Shown here: in pieces, positions 8,415-16,955 of the stretch
How positions within the stretch are numbered: position 1 is the first letter of the stretch
Layout of the letters: the number at the start of each line of letters is the position of its first letter
IMG/VR virus record: IMGVR_UViG_3300022173_000023
Span: 1-27,647 of that record
From: a virus
Taxonomy: Duplodnaviria; Caudoviricetes
Length of the DNA stretch: 27,647 nt
Direction: 5' to 3' (one strand)
Notes under the pieces: generated by a model
Seen by the model: the letters and a program-made list of their open reading frames with translations, nothing else
Databases searched by the model: none
Told to the model about the DNA's origin: nothing
Translations under genes and position numbers: made by a program

Positions 8415-8845
8415 TGACCGGCATCTTCAATCTCGGCGACGCGGCGATCACGACGGCGGTCACCGACAGCGTCATCACGTCCGGCACTTCGGCAGCCGGC
8501 GCGGCGCAGGCGCAGATCGACCGGCTGGAGGGCATGACGAGCGTGACGCTGCTGGCCAAGCTGGTTTATGGCTCGGGCGGAACCGCGTGCCTGGTGGTTG
8601 TGCAGACGAGCCTCGACCAAGGCGCATCGTGGATCGATGTCTGTCGGTTCGACTTCGCCACTGCGAACGCTTCAAAGTCGGCCAACGTCTCTGCCGCGGC
8701 GGCGGCGGCGGTCGCTTCGGTCGCGGCTCTGTCGGCAGAGGGCAAGGTCGACGGCGTGCTGGGCGATCGGCTTCGCTGCAAGATCACGACGACAGGCACC
8801 TATGCCGGCTCGACCTCAATTTCGGTGCGCGCGGCCGTTCGATGA
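8414..8845 (+). CDS. Hypothetical beta-rich virion protein
   Basis: GAGGT SD and TGATG coupling. Ala/Thr/Val-rich, with VVVQTSLDQGASWIDV and GDRLRCKI motifs. Confidence 0.7.
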   Translation: MTGIFNLGDAAITTAVTDSVITSGTSAAGAAQAQIDRLEGMTSVTLLAKLVYGSGGTACLVVVQTSLDQGASWIDVCRFDFATANASKSANVSAAAAAAVASVAALSAEGKVDGVLGDRLRCKITTTGTYAGSTSISVRAAVR

Positions 8846-9195
8846 ACGTCGACGAGATCAAGTCGTCATACAGACGCATGATGGATGAGGTCGGCGAGGA
8901 AGTCGTCATGCGTCGATATACCGGGTCGGGTGCAAACCGACCCTACTTTGATGCACCTGTCATGGCCAGAGTGGTCGATTTCAAGCCGGCCGATTTCGTG
9001 GGTGACATCCTGATGGGCGACAGAAGCTTGATCGTCATCGCGCAGGATCTGATCGACGCACAGGTGCCGATGGGTGTGCGCAAAGGCGACAAGTGCGTCG
9101 TGCGCGGCAAGGAATTGAACATTGAGGCGGTCGACGACAATACCAGACGCGTGCAGGGCGAGTTGATCGCCTACGAGATCAGGGTCCGCGGATGA
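8842..9195 (+). CDS. Head closure/stopper protein (gpFII-like)
   Basis: 117 aa with ATGA coupling, GEEVVMRR, GDRSLIV, KGDKCVVRGKELNI and YEIRVRG; position after the adaptor. Confidence 0.75.
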   Translation: MNVDEIKSSYRRMMDEVGEEVVMRRYTGSGANRPYFDAPVMARVVDFKPADFVGDILMGDRSLIVIAQDLIDAQVPMGVRKGDKCVVRGKELNIEAVDDNTRRVQGELIAYEIRVRG

Positions 9196-9827
9196 TGGCG
9201 ACCGGCTTCGAATCCTTCGACCGTCAACTGACGTTCGCCACGGCGGGAATCGAGCCGGAAAACATCGCGAAGGAACTGGCGCTGTTCGCGCGGAGAGAAC
9301 TGGCGAAGGCCATCGCCGCCGGCGCGTCGCCGCAATACGAGCGGTTCGTCAACAATCGGCCGGGCCTGCCGGAAGAGGCGGTCACGGTTCCGGGGTCGAT
9401 CCTCTACGTCTTCACGAACTGGCCGCTGGTCATCAATGCCGCGATTGCCGAGTTGCAGAAGCGGTCGCCTCGGCGTTCGGGGCGATTCGCGTCGTCGTTC
9501 ATTGTGATCGCCAATGGCGCGCTCACCATGGATTTCGCACGCATCCCGGCGGCAGCAGAGGTCATTGTGACCAACGCCATGCCCTACGTCAGGCGCATTG
9601 AGGCCGGCGCGAACAATTCGAAGGGCAAGCGCATGTTCGATCTGTCCCGCGTCGCGCTCAATCGTCGTTTCAACACCGGCTTCATGTTCGAGACGCGCTA
9701 CCTCAATATCGGCGCAGGTCTGCACCCGCAGATTCCCTACATCCTGAAAGGCAGCCAGGGCCGCCGCAAAGACCGGCAGGCAGGGTCTCCGCTGACCTAT
9801 CCCGCCATCGTGATCAACGCGCTCTGA
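9192..9827 (+). CDS. Neck / tail completion protein (HK97 gp10-like)
   Basis: SPRRSGRFASS and NAMPYVRRIE motifs typical of gp10-like proteins; position between stopper and terminator. Confidence 0.7.
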   Translation: MMATGFESFDRQLTFATAGIEPENIAKELALFARRELAKAIAAGASPQYERFVNNRPGLPEEAVTVPGSILYVFTNWPLVINAAIAELQKRSPRRSGRFASSFIVIANGALTMDFARIPAAAEVIVTNAMPYVRRIEAGANNSKGKRMFDLSRVALNRRFNTGFMFETRYLNIGAGLHPQIPYILKGSQGRRKDRQAGSPLTYPAIVINAL

Positions 9828-10249
9828 TGTCCAGCCCCACCGCTTACGATGCCTTCACGGGTCGGCTCGCGGCATGGACCGCAACGGATGTCGTGTTCGA
9901 GAACGACGACTACGAGGTGCCGTCAACGCCCGCGCCGTTCGTCTATGCCGAGATCTATGGCGACAGCTACAATCAGGAAAGCTTGGGCGCTCCGCAGGCC
10001 AATATGTGGCTCGAGCGCGGTGTCACCTATCTACATGTCATGACGCCGACCGGGACCGGCAGCCGAGAGGCGAGGGCCTATGCGAACGACCTGCTCTACC
10101 TGTTTCGGGAGCAGTCGATTGCCGGTTTGGTCATGACGGAAATGTCGATCGGGGCCGGTGATCCGGGCCGGTCGTTCGGAAACTACTTCTCGCTGGCGGC
10201 AACCATCTTCTGGGAACGCCACGACATCACGTCGATCCCGACGCCCTGA
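9827..10249 (+). CDS. Tail terminator protein (DUF4128-like)
   Basis: 140 aa with VVFEN, GVTYLHVMTPTGTG and A..L..LF; sits immediately before the tail tube gene. Confidence 0.75.
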   Translation: MSSPTAYDAFTGRLAAWTATDVVFENDDYEVPSTPAPFVYAEIYGDSYNQESLGAPQANMWLERGVTYLHVMTPTGTGSREARAYANDLLYLFREQSIAGLVMTEMSIGAGDPGRSFGNYFSLAATIFWERHDITSIPTP

Positions 10250-10287
10250 GCCGTCAACCGGCAACCAACCCACGATAGGAGAATGCC

Positions 10288-11226
10288 ATGACCGTTGCTG
10301 ACGGCAGTCAAACCCGCCTTGCCGACATTTCGGAAGCCACAATCGGCACAACGCCGACAACGCCGGCCTTCCAGGTCATGCGCTATGTCTCGTCGGATAT
10401 CCGGCTGGCAAAGCAGACCGATATCCCGAACGAAATCCGCGCCGACCGCAACGTCGCGTCGATCGTCGATGTCGGCCGCACGGTGCAGGGCACGATCAAC
10501 ACGCTGCTCTCCTACGGCACCTACGATGTCTGGCTCGCGCGGCTCTTCGCGTCATCCTGGGCGTCCGATGTCCTGAAAAACGGCGTGACGCATGCGGCCG
10601 GAACGCTGGAGCTCACTTTCGAGCAGGGGGCGACCGACAGCTACATCCGCTACCGCGGCGTCCGGTGGAACACCCTCGACCTGCAACTCACCGCCCGCCA
10701 GTCGGTCTCGGCCAACTTTGGCATCATGGGCATCGGCAGCCCGACGCCGACGACAGCGATCATCACCGATGCGACCTATACCGCGGCGACCACGACGGAG
10801 GTCTTCAACGCTGGTCTCAATGTCGGCTCGCTGGTGCTGTCCTCGACCTCGCTGGTATCTCCGCCGAAGATGCGGTCGCTGTCGCTGCGCATCGTCAACA
10901 ACATCTACGCGAACGATGTCGTCGGCGCCTACGAGACCTATTCGCACGGTCTTGGCCGGTTCGAAGTCACCGGGTCGGCGAGCATCTATTTCGAGAGCCT
11001 GGCAGCCTACACGGCGATCATGGCGCACGAGGACATCGCGATCTCGTTCACGCTGGCTGACGCCGCCGGCAATTCCTACGCGTTCTCGATCCCGAAAGCC
11101 AAGTTCCTCGACGGTGGGCCTCCTGTCCCTGGTAACGGGCAGGCCGTGCTGATCGAGTGCCCGTTTCAGGGGTATTACGACAGCTCGTCGGGCGCGACGA
11201 TCTCAATCACCCGCGATCCGGCATAG
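10288..11226 (+). CDS. Major tail tube protein
   Basis: AGGAGA SD. Motifs EATIGTTPTTPAF..MR, EIRADR, VTGSASIYFE and GNSYAFSIPKAK match siphovirus tube proteins (Phage_tube_2-like). Confidence 0.88.
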   Translation: MTVADGSQTRLADISEATIGTTPTTPAFQVMRYVSSDIRLAKQTDIPNEIRADRNVASIVDVGRTVQGTINTLLSYGTYDVWLARLFASSWASDVLKNGVTHAAGTLELTFEQGATDSYIRYRGVRWNTLDLQLTARQSVSANFGIMGIGSPTPTTAIITDATYTAATTTEVFNAGLNVGSLVLSSTSLVSPPKMRSLSLRIVNNIYANDVVGAYETYSHGLGRFEVTGSASIYFESLAAYTAIMAHEDIAISFTLADAAGNSYAFSIPKAKFLDGGPPVPGNGQAVLIECPFQGYYDSSSGATISITRDPA

Positions 11227-11237
11227 GAGGCGAGACC

Positions 11238-11471
11238 ATGACCAGCAAGCCTGCAGCCACATCGGCAGCCCCCACATCGTCCGCCGTCGCCAAGGCGGCG
11301 CAGGTCCGCAAGGTCGCGAACGAGCGCGTCAACACGTTCATTCCGGAGACCGATTTCGTCGGCAAGCCCTTCGGCCCGAACGGCGTCGAGATGCACTTCC
11401 GCGCCGGTATCCCGTCATCGCCGGTTCCGCAGAGCTACATCGACTCCCTGTCTCCGAAAAAGACGGGCTGA
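11238..11471 (+). CDS. Small hypothetical protein (77 aa)
   Basis: Strong TAGGAGG SD overlapping the tube stop; ATG 11238. Confidence 0.7.
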   Translation: MTSKPAATSAAPTSSAVAKAAQVRKVANERVNTFIPETDFVGKPFGPNGVEMHFRAGIPSSPVPQSYIDSLSPKKTG

Positions 11472-11476
11472 CCAGA

Positions 11477-11563
11477 CAGCCGCCGCACACGGCTGATCGC
11501 GTTCGCGCGCGTGAATAGGCGACGGGTTGTCGGACCCGTCGCCGCACCTTCCGACAAAAGGGA
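11477..11563 (+). ncRNA. Candidate cis-regulatory structured RNA (hairpins plus an H-type pseudoknot next to an RBS)
   Basis: Stem CAGCCG/CGGCTG (11477-11495). Perfect 10-bp stem GGCGACGGGT/ACCCGTCGCC (11518-11543) whose loop TGTCGG is complementary to CCGACA (11551-11556). AAGGGA SD follows. Confidence 0.6.
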
Positions 11564-11569
11564 ACCCAC

Positions 11570-11836
11570 ATGGAAATCTCAGAAGCCGACAGGCAACTTG
11601 CGGAGGCGGTTGAAATCGCTGCGCGCGCCTATGTTGACGCGTTGGTCAAGGCTGCCGACGCCGGTCTTGAAATCGAGCAGTTCGTTTCATTGCAAAGCGT
11701 TCACACAGTTGGGGCGGCGCAGGTTCGTCACATCCCGAACGTCAGCATTTCAATCAGCCGCGTTGTTCGAGGCGTCATCGTTGACACATCGCGTGATGCG
11801 GGGATTATCCGCCCCGATCGTGAGGTGACGCGATGA
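11570..11836 (+). CDS. Hypothetical protein (88 aa), possibly an inserted gene
   Basis: AAGGGA SD and ATG 11570; its stop overlaps the chaperone ATG. Many A/T-ending codons relative to neighbours. Confidence 0.6.
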   Translation: MEISEADRQLAEAVEIAARAYVDALVKAADAGLEIEQFVSLQSVHTVGAAQVRHIPNVSISISRVVRGVIVDTSRDAGIIRPDREVTR

Positions 11837-12294
11837 CCATCAAACTGGGCAGCCTCGCTGCCGACCTGAAGATGGAACGCGAAGGCGAGTGGATCGAGCC
11901 GAAGGAATGGCCGGGCCTCAACCCTGAGAAGCCGTTCGAAATGACGAAGCTTCCCGGTCTCGAGTTCTTCGTCCGGTCGACCAACTATCCGCCCTACGTC
12001 ACTGCGCGTCAGGCTCGCCTCGAGCAGATGAAGAAGGACTATCCGGACGACAATATCCCGCCGGAGATCGCCGCCAAGATCGAAGGCGAACTGGCGGTGG
12101 AGTTCCTTCTGCTTGGATGGAAGGGTCTGGATGTCCAATATTCTCCGGATGCGGTCTCGGTCATCCTTGTTGCCGAAGAGCACCGCGTGCTGCGGTCGAT
12201 CGTCTACTGGTGCGCTGGGCGCGTCGGGAAGAAGAAGGTCGAGTTCGTCAAGGCCGCCGAAAAAAACTCCGTAGCGTCTTCCGCTGGCAAATAG
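11833..12294 (+). CDS. Tail assembly chaperone (gpG-like)
   Basis: Lies between the tube and tape measure genes, with a GAGGTG SD and EREGEWI and LLGWKGL motifs. Slippery site near the 3' end. Confidence 0.85.
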   Translation: MTIKLGSLAADLKMEREGEWIEPKEWPGLNPEKPFEMTKLPGLEFFVRSTNYPPYVTARQARLEQMKKDYPDDNIPPEIAAKIEGELAVEFLLLGWKGLDVQYSPDAVSVILVAEEHRVLRSIVYWCAGRVGKKKVEFVKAAEKNSVASSAGK

Positions 12295-12307
12295 ACCGGA
12301 AGACGCT
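12261..12307 (+). promoter_or_regulatory. Programmed -1 ribosomal frameshift: A AAA AAC heptamer plus downstream hairpin
   Basis: In-frame GAA AAA AAC (heptamer 12261-12267), a 5-nt spacer, then perfect 11-bp stem AGCGTCTTCCG (12273-12283) / CGGAAGACGCT (12297-12307). Confidence 0.85.
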
Positions 12308-12641
12308 TCCCCCGGAAGATCAGGAATGGGTCGAGGCCCTTGCCAAGGAAAATCCCAGCGAGAAATGGCTTCAGGCGCCCGTCGAGAAGCCGCCGCCAGA
12401 TGCCCAGCCGCAACTTTGGCACGAGTTCTACTGGCGGGCATGGAGCGCTCTGCGCTTTGACCGCCAATACGGCGCGATGGGCGGTGAACTGCCGATCTCA
12501 TTCGTGGCGCTGGATACCTACGCCAGGCGCTACGGCATCGAAGGCGAGGCCTTCGATCGGTTCCATACCTTCATGACAGCCATCGACGAAGAGTGGCTGT
12601 CGCATCAGGCCAAACGACAGAAACAGGAGGGAGCGACATGA
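12267..12641 (+). CDS. Tail assembly chaperone frameshift extension (gpT-like; gpGT fusion about 269 aa, 11833-12641)
   Basis: The -1 frame is open across the slippery site. It encodes FYWRAWSALRFDR..G..GG..PISFVALDTYARRYGI, typical of gpT-like domains, and its stop overlaps the tape measure ATG. Confidence 0.82.
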   Translation, partial: LRSVFRWQIDRKTLPPEDQEWVEALAKENPSEKWLQAPVEKPPPDAQPQLWHEFYWRAWSALRFDRQYGAMGGELPISFVALDTYARRYGIEGEAFDRFHTFMTAIDEEWLSHQAKRQKQEGAT

Positions 12642-15600
12642 CTATTCCGATCAACTCCCTCCTGATCGTCCCGAACCTTGACGCGTCGAAATACGCTGCC
12701 GGCGCTCAACAGAAGGTCGCGGCTGACAAGGCGATGTCAGCCTCGTCGCAGGCAGTTGGCGCAGCGGTCCAGCAGACGGATACGAAGATCAGCCAGGCCG
12801 GCGACGTGCTCGCCCGGCTCTCCCGCCAATATGTCGATGGCTACGCGACCGCGCAGCGTATGCAGGGCGCGGTCAACAGCCTGTCTCGTGGGATTGAGAC
12901 TGGCAAGATCACGATGATGCAGGCCGAACCGATTCTGGAGGGCATCTTCCGGAAGTATGGTCAGCTCGGCGACGGTGCGCAGTTTGCAGCCAAGGGCCAG
13001 CACGAGTTCGCCAACGCGATCACGAACACGACCGCTCGACTGACGGCGCAGATGGCGGCGGCAAATGCGGCTGCCGCGTCGGTGACAAAAGTCCACGCTG
13101 TCGCAAACCAAAACGCAGGCGTGCGAGGCGGCGGCAACTTCAATTCGTCCAACGCGGCGTTCCAGGTCCAGGACGCCGTCATGATGGCTATGATGGGCCA
13201 GGCGCCTATGGCAACGGCCTTTCAGCAAGGCCCGCAGCTTGCGATGGCTGTGCAGCAGGGCGGCGGTCTCAAAGCCCTCGGCGCGGGCATCCTGTCACTC
13301 GTGTCGCCGACAATGCTCTTTACGGTCGGCGCTACCGCGGCGGCAGCAGCGACGATCCAATGGTTCATGAAGGGCAAGGACGGCGCGAAGACGCTCGAAG
13401 ACGCCCTGAAATCGCATTCCGACACGCTGCGCCTTCTGAAGGGTCAGTATGGCGATCTCGGCGAGGCGGCCAAGAGCGTCGGAAATTCGGGTGGCATGGC
13501 ATTCACAGGGGCCAATGCCCGCAATGCGCAGCGACTGATCGAAGCGCAACTCCGCGCACGGACGGAGCCTCTATTCAACCAGTTGGACGATGCCGGCTGG
13601 ATGAAGACGACTTTCGGCAGCAGCGTCAGCATGGACGGCCTCCGTAATCTCGGTGGTGACCAGAAGAATTTTGCCGCGCCCCTCTCCGCGCTGATCGAGA
13701 GTGCCAAGAGCGGGAAGACGGATCTTGCGGGATTCAATGATGAAGTCGAGCGGCTGTTCGAGCAGTTGGTCGGGTCGTCTCAAAACCCGGCCGCGCTTCG
13801 CGACGCGGCCGATGCCGTCCTCCTGCTCGGCACGAATGCCTTCGACGTGACCGGAAAGTTCGCGCCGTTCGAAGATGCGATCAACCGCCTGAAGATCGAA
13901 GGCGCGCAGGGCATTGCGACATTCAATGCGGAGGTCGAGAAAATCGGTCGTGCGAATGGTCTCCAAAAGCTCGCCGATGAAGCTATTATTGCTGGCAAGG
14001 AGATCGTCGACCTCGCCGACAAGGCGGCGGAACTGGAGAAGATACTTCAGCGTATCGATCGCGAGGACACGCGGCCCGGTCTGTCGGATCGGCGCGACCT
14101 TTCGCGTTACGTCGGCCGGCGCGGGATTGAACTCCAGAGCGAGAATGATCAGTTCGCGGCCGAACAGCAGATGGCGCGAGCCCGCACCAATGCAGAGCGT
14201 CTGGCAGCCGTTGAGGCACAGGTGCGCGCCCGCGCTCGTGAGGATGGCGACAGCGGCGGCGGTATGCAGGCACGCGTTGATCGCGCTCTTGCCGCAGAAC
14301 GGAACCGACAGGCGATCGAGGAGCGTGACGCCAGCAGCGAACGGGAGCGGGCGCAGTCCCGCAGCATCGAATCCGCCCGCGAGGAACTGTCGCTCATTGG
14401 CGCGACCGCCGGCGAAGTAGCCCGCCTGGGTTACGAGTATTCCGAGATTGCCAGGTTGCGCGAGGAAGCGGCTCGCCGTGGTGAAAAAGCCAGCGAGAGC
14501 GACATCGCCCGCATCAAGGAGACGGCGGCCGAACTCGGCAAGCTGGCGGATGCTGCGGCGCGTCTCAGCCTGAGCCAAGACCTCGGTTTCGAACGGGACC
14601 AGATGTTCCGTTCACCGACGGAGCAGGGCATTGCCGGACGGCTTCGTGGCACTGGCATCGGCATGAATTCGGCCGAAGCGCAGATGATGCGCGATATGCA
14701 GGAGTTCGCGGATGCAAAAGGCTTGGCCCTCGGCTTCCTGAACACCTTCAAGTCGGCACTGATCGAGAACGGGGGTGACGTCGGCGATGCGCTTGGGAAG
14801 GCCGTGTTGTCGGCGCTCTCCAACTCCATGGACAAGCAACTGTCGAACATCTTTGATAAGCTCGCCACGGCATTTGCGAGCGCGCTGACAGGCATGAAAC
14901 CCGGCGCGGGGTTCGCGGCCAACATGACAGCCGGCCAATTCTTCGGTGCGGCATCCCCCATCGCAGCCAACAGCAACTCCCCGCTCTCCGGCGGTATGTC
15001 CGCCTATCGAGAGGCGATTGCTGCGATCGAAAGTCAGGGCAGCGGCGGCTACTCGGCTCTTGGTCCATGGACGAAGGGTGACCGTGCTTATGGCCGCTAC
15101 CAGGTCATGGGCAACAACATCCCGTCGTGGACGAAGGACGCGCTGGGCCGATCGCTGACGCCGGAACAGTTCCTCGCCGATAGTGGCGCGCAGGACTCCG
15201 TCTTCGACAAGCAGTTCGGCAGCTCGATCGCGAAGTATGGCAATCCACAGGACGCCGCTTCGGTGTGGTTCACTGGCCGGCCGATGTCGCAGGGCGCAGG
15301 CGCACGTGACGTGCTCGGAACGTCCGGCTCGGTCTATGTCGACAAGTTCAACGCGCAACTGGCGAAGCTCGGCAACACGGCGGATGGCGCGGTGAAGGGT
15401 CTCGACGGTTTTGCATCGAACCTGACGCAGGTTGGCTCCTCGCTCACCAGCCCCAACGGCCCGCTGGGCGGTTTGTTCGGAACCGGGCTCGACAACTTCG
15501 CCAACTTCAAGGATGGCGCGGGCGGTGGCCTTGGCGGTCTGCTGGGCTACAGCGGCGGTCAACAGTCCGGTGGTGGCGGCGGCGGCGGCGGCTTACTTGG

Positions 15601-15940
15601 CATGATCCTCGGTTTCCTGCCGAAACTTTTCGGGTTTGCCGACGGCACCGACAACGCCCCTCCGGGCATGGCATGGGTCGGCGAGCGCGGTCCGGAGATT
15701 GTCAGGTTCCGCGGCGGCGAACAGGTCGTCCCGAACCATAAGCTCGGCGCTGGCAACCAGAACGCTGCACCACCTCGCGCGCAGATCCACGTGAATGTGC
15801 AGGGTGCCAACGGTGACGCCCATGTCCGCATGCTCGTCAATCAGGGCATCCAGCAGGGCATGAGCAACTTCTATCAGGAGATGGCTCGCGGCGGCTTTGG
15901 TGCGATGCAGAACACCTACAACAACCAGAAAGCCGGCTGA
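12638..15940 (+). CDS. Tail tape measure protein with an embedded lysozyme/lytic transglycosylase-like domain
   Basis: About 1100 aa, Ala/Gly-rich and helical. Lambda-type FQVQD...QQGPQL motif, IAAIES..GGY...GRYQVM domain and FADG...VGERGPE C-terminus. AGGAGGGAG SD before ATG 12638. Confidence 0.93.
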   Translation: MTIPINSLLIVPNLDASKYAAGAQQKVAADKAMSASSQAVGAAVQQTDTKISQAGDVLARLSRQYVDGYATAQRMQGAVNSLSRGIETGKITMMQAEPILEGIFRKYGQLGDGAQFAAKGQHEFANAITNTTARLTAQMAAANAAAASVTKVHAVANQNAGVRGGGNFNSSNAAFQVQDAVMMAMMGQAPMATAFQQGPQLAMAVQQGGGLKALGAGILSLVSPTMLFTVGATAAAAATIQWFMKGKDGAKTLEDALKSHSDTLRLLKGQYGDLGEAAKSVGNSGGMAFTGANARNAQRLIEAQLRARTEPLFNQLDDAGWMKTTFGSSVSMDGLRNLGGDQKNFAAPLSALIESAKSGKTDLAGFNDEVERLFEQLVGSSQNPAALRDAADAVLLLGTNAFDVTGKFAPFEDAINRLKIEGAQGIATFNAEVEKIGRANGLQKLADEAIIAGKEIVDLADKAAELEKILQRIDREDTRPGLSDRRDLSRYVGRRGIELQSENDQFAAEQQMARARTNAERLAAVEAQVRARAREDGDSGGGMQARVDRALAAERNRQAIEERDASSERERAQSRSIESAREELSLIGATAGEVARLGYEYSEIARLREEAARRGEKASESDIARIKETAAELGKLADAAARLSLSQDLGFERDQMFRSPTEQGIAGRLRGTGIGMNSAEAQMMRDMQEFADAKGLALGFLNTFKSALIENGGDVGDALGKAVLSALSNSMDKQLSNIFDKLATAFASALTGMKPGAGFAANMTAGQFFGAASPIAANSNSPLSGGMSAYREAIAAIESQGSGGYSALGPWTKGDRAYGRYQVMGNNIPSWTKDALGRSLTPEQFLADSGAQDSVFDKQFGSSIAKYGNPQDAASVWFTGRPMSQGAGARDVLGTSGSVYVDKFNAQLAKLGNTADGAVKGLDGFASNLTQVGSSLTSPNGPLGGLFGTGLDNFANFKDGAGGGLGGLLGYSGGQQSGGGGGGGGLLGMILGFLPKLFGFADGTDNAPPGMAWVGERGPEIVRFRGGEQVVPNHKLGAGNQNAAPPRAQIHVNVQGANGDAHVRMLVNQGIQQGMSNFYQEMARGGFGAMQNTYNNQKAG

Positions 15941-16716
15941 TGGGCCGCTACACCGGGCTTCCAACGCTTCTGGTTGACTACCTGAAGCCACGGCGGGCGA
16001 CGTTCCAGGTCAAGGGCGCGGCGATCGACAGCGGGCGGAACGGCGTCGGCGAAAGCGTGTCGATCGAGTTCTCTGGCGGCGGCGTCCTGACATGCTCCTA
16101 CGAGGAATGCTTCGTCCAGGCGCGGGAGGAGCACGAATACCTGGGCTGGGTTGCGGCACGGCTGGACGGGTCGTTCCGGTTCATGAACGTCCCGATCCTG
16201 ACGGACTGGCAGGGGCCATTCCCGATCAACGCGCAGGGCATCCCGCAACCCCGTATCGGCGGCATCCCGCATTCGGACGGGTCGATGTTCTCCGATGGCG
16301 CTGGATACTCGCAGGCGACCGTGTGGGGCAAGGTGACGGCTGCGGCGGGACTTGGGGCCGGACAACTCTCGATACGGCTCTACGGGGCTGCTAGGCCGCT
16401 GCGCTGGTCTGACTGGTTTTCGATCTACCATGCCGATGTCGGGGCGACGGCTGGCAAGGGTTGGCGGTCCTATCGCTATTGGGACGTGGTCTCGGTTTCG
16501 GAAACGACAGAGGTCATCGAAGGCGAGACGGTCGACGTGCAGGACTATGTCCTCGCGATCTCCGGGCCGCTGAAACAGGCGGTCGAGGTCGACACGCTGG
16601 TAGAGTTCGTTCGCCCGCGCACCGTCATGAAGTTCCCGACCGGGTTCACGCTGGCGCACGAGATCGAGGGCTTCTGGCGGTCCAGCCCGACGCTGCAATT
16701 TGTGGAAGCTTTCTGA
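15940..16716 (+). CDS. Distal tail (Dit-like) / minor tail protein
   Basis: TGATG-coupled directly after the tape measure gene; ends LQFVEAF. Assignment mainly by position. Confidence 0.7.
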   Translation: MGRYTGLPTLLVDYLKPRRATFQVKGAAIDSGRNGVGESVSIEFSGGGVLTCSYEECFVQAREEHEYLGWVAARLDGSFRFMNVPILTDWQGPFPINAQGIPQPRIGGIPHSDGSMFSDGAGYSQATVWGKVTAAAGLGAGQLSIRLYGAARPLRWSDWFSIYHADVGATAGKGWRSYRYWDVVSVSETTEVIEGETVDVQDYVLAISGPLKQAVEVDTLVEFVRPRTVMKFPTGFTLAHEIEGFWRSSPTLQFVEAF

Positions 16717-16717
16717 G

Positions 16718-16951
16718 ATGGAAAACGAAGGTCCAGACCGCATCTCGGTCGGCGGCGATGACGAAGGCCTCACATCGTTCGTCTTCTGCATGGCGCTAAT
16801 CGCACTGGATGCTTACAAAACCGAATTGAACGTCGCCCTTGCTGCCGCCGAAGACCCGAGGCAGCGGTTTCTCGCGAGCTTTCGCGAGGAAGTGCGAGCC
16901 AAGGCGTTGCCGCGTTTCATGGCGATGCTAGCCGAGCGCGAGCAAAGCTAA
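16718..16951 (+). CDS. Small hypothetical protein (77 aa) in the tail tip cluster
   Basis: Fills the gap between two tail genes: ATG 1 nt after the upstream stop, stop 4 nt before the next ATG. Confidence 0.5.
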   Translation: MENEGPDRISVGGDDEGLTSFVFCMALIALDAYKTELNVALAAAEDPRQRFLASFREEVRAKALPRFMAMLAEREQS

Positions 16952-16955
16952 CCCC

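Noticed and set aside
11157-11237. -1 frameshift extension of the tail tube into the next ORF
   Set aside because: No slippery heptamer, and the downstream ORF has its own consensus SD and ATG at 11238.
12117-12266. Independent ATG start for the 174-aa ORF in the track
   Set aside because: It overlaps the chaperone for ~180 nt with an implausible sequence and is better explained by the -1 frameshift.
15569-15592. (GGT)2(GGC)6 trinucleotide run
   Set aside because: It simply encodes a poly-Gly linker in the tape measure protein; in-frame, with no phase-variation implication.
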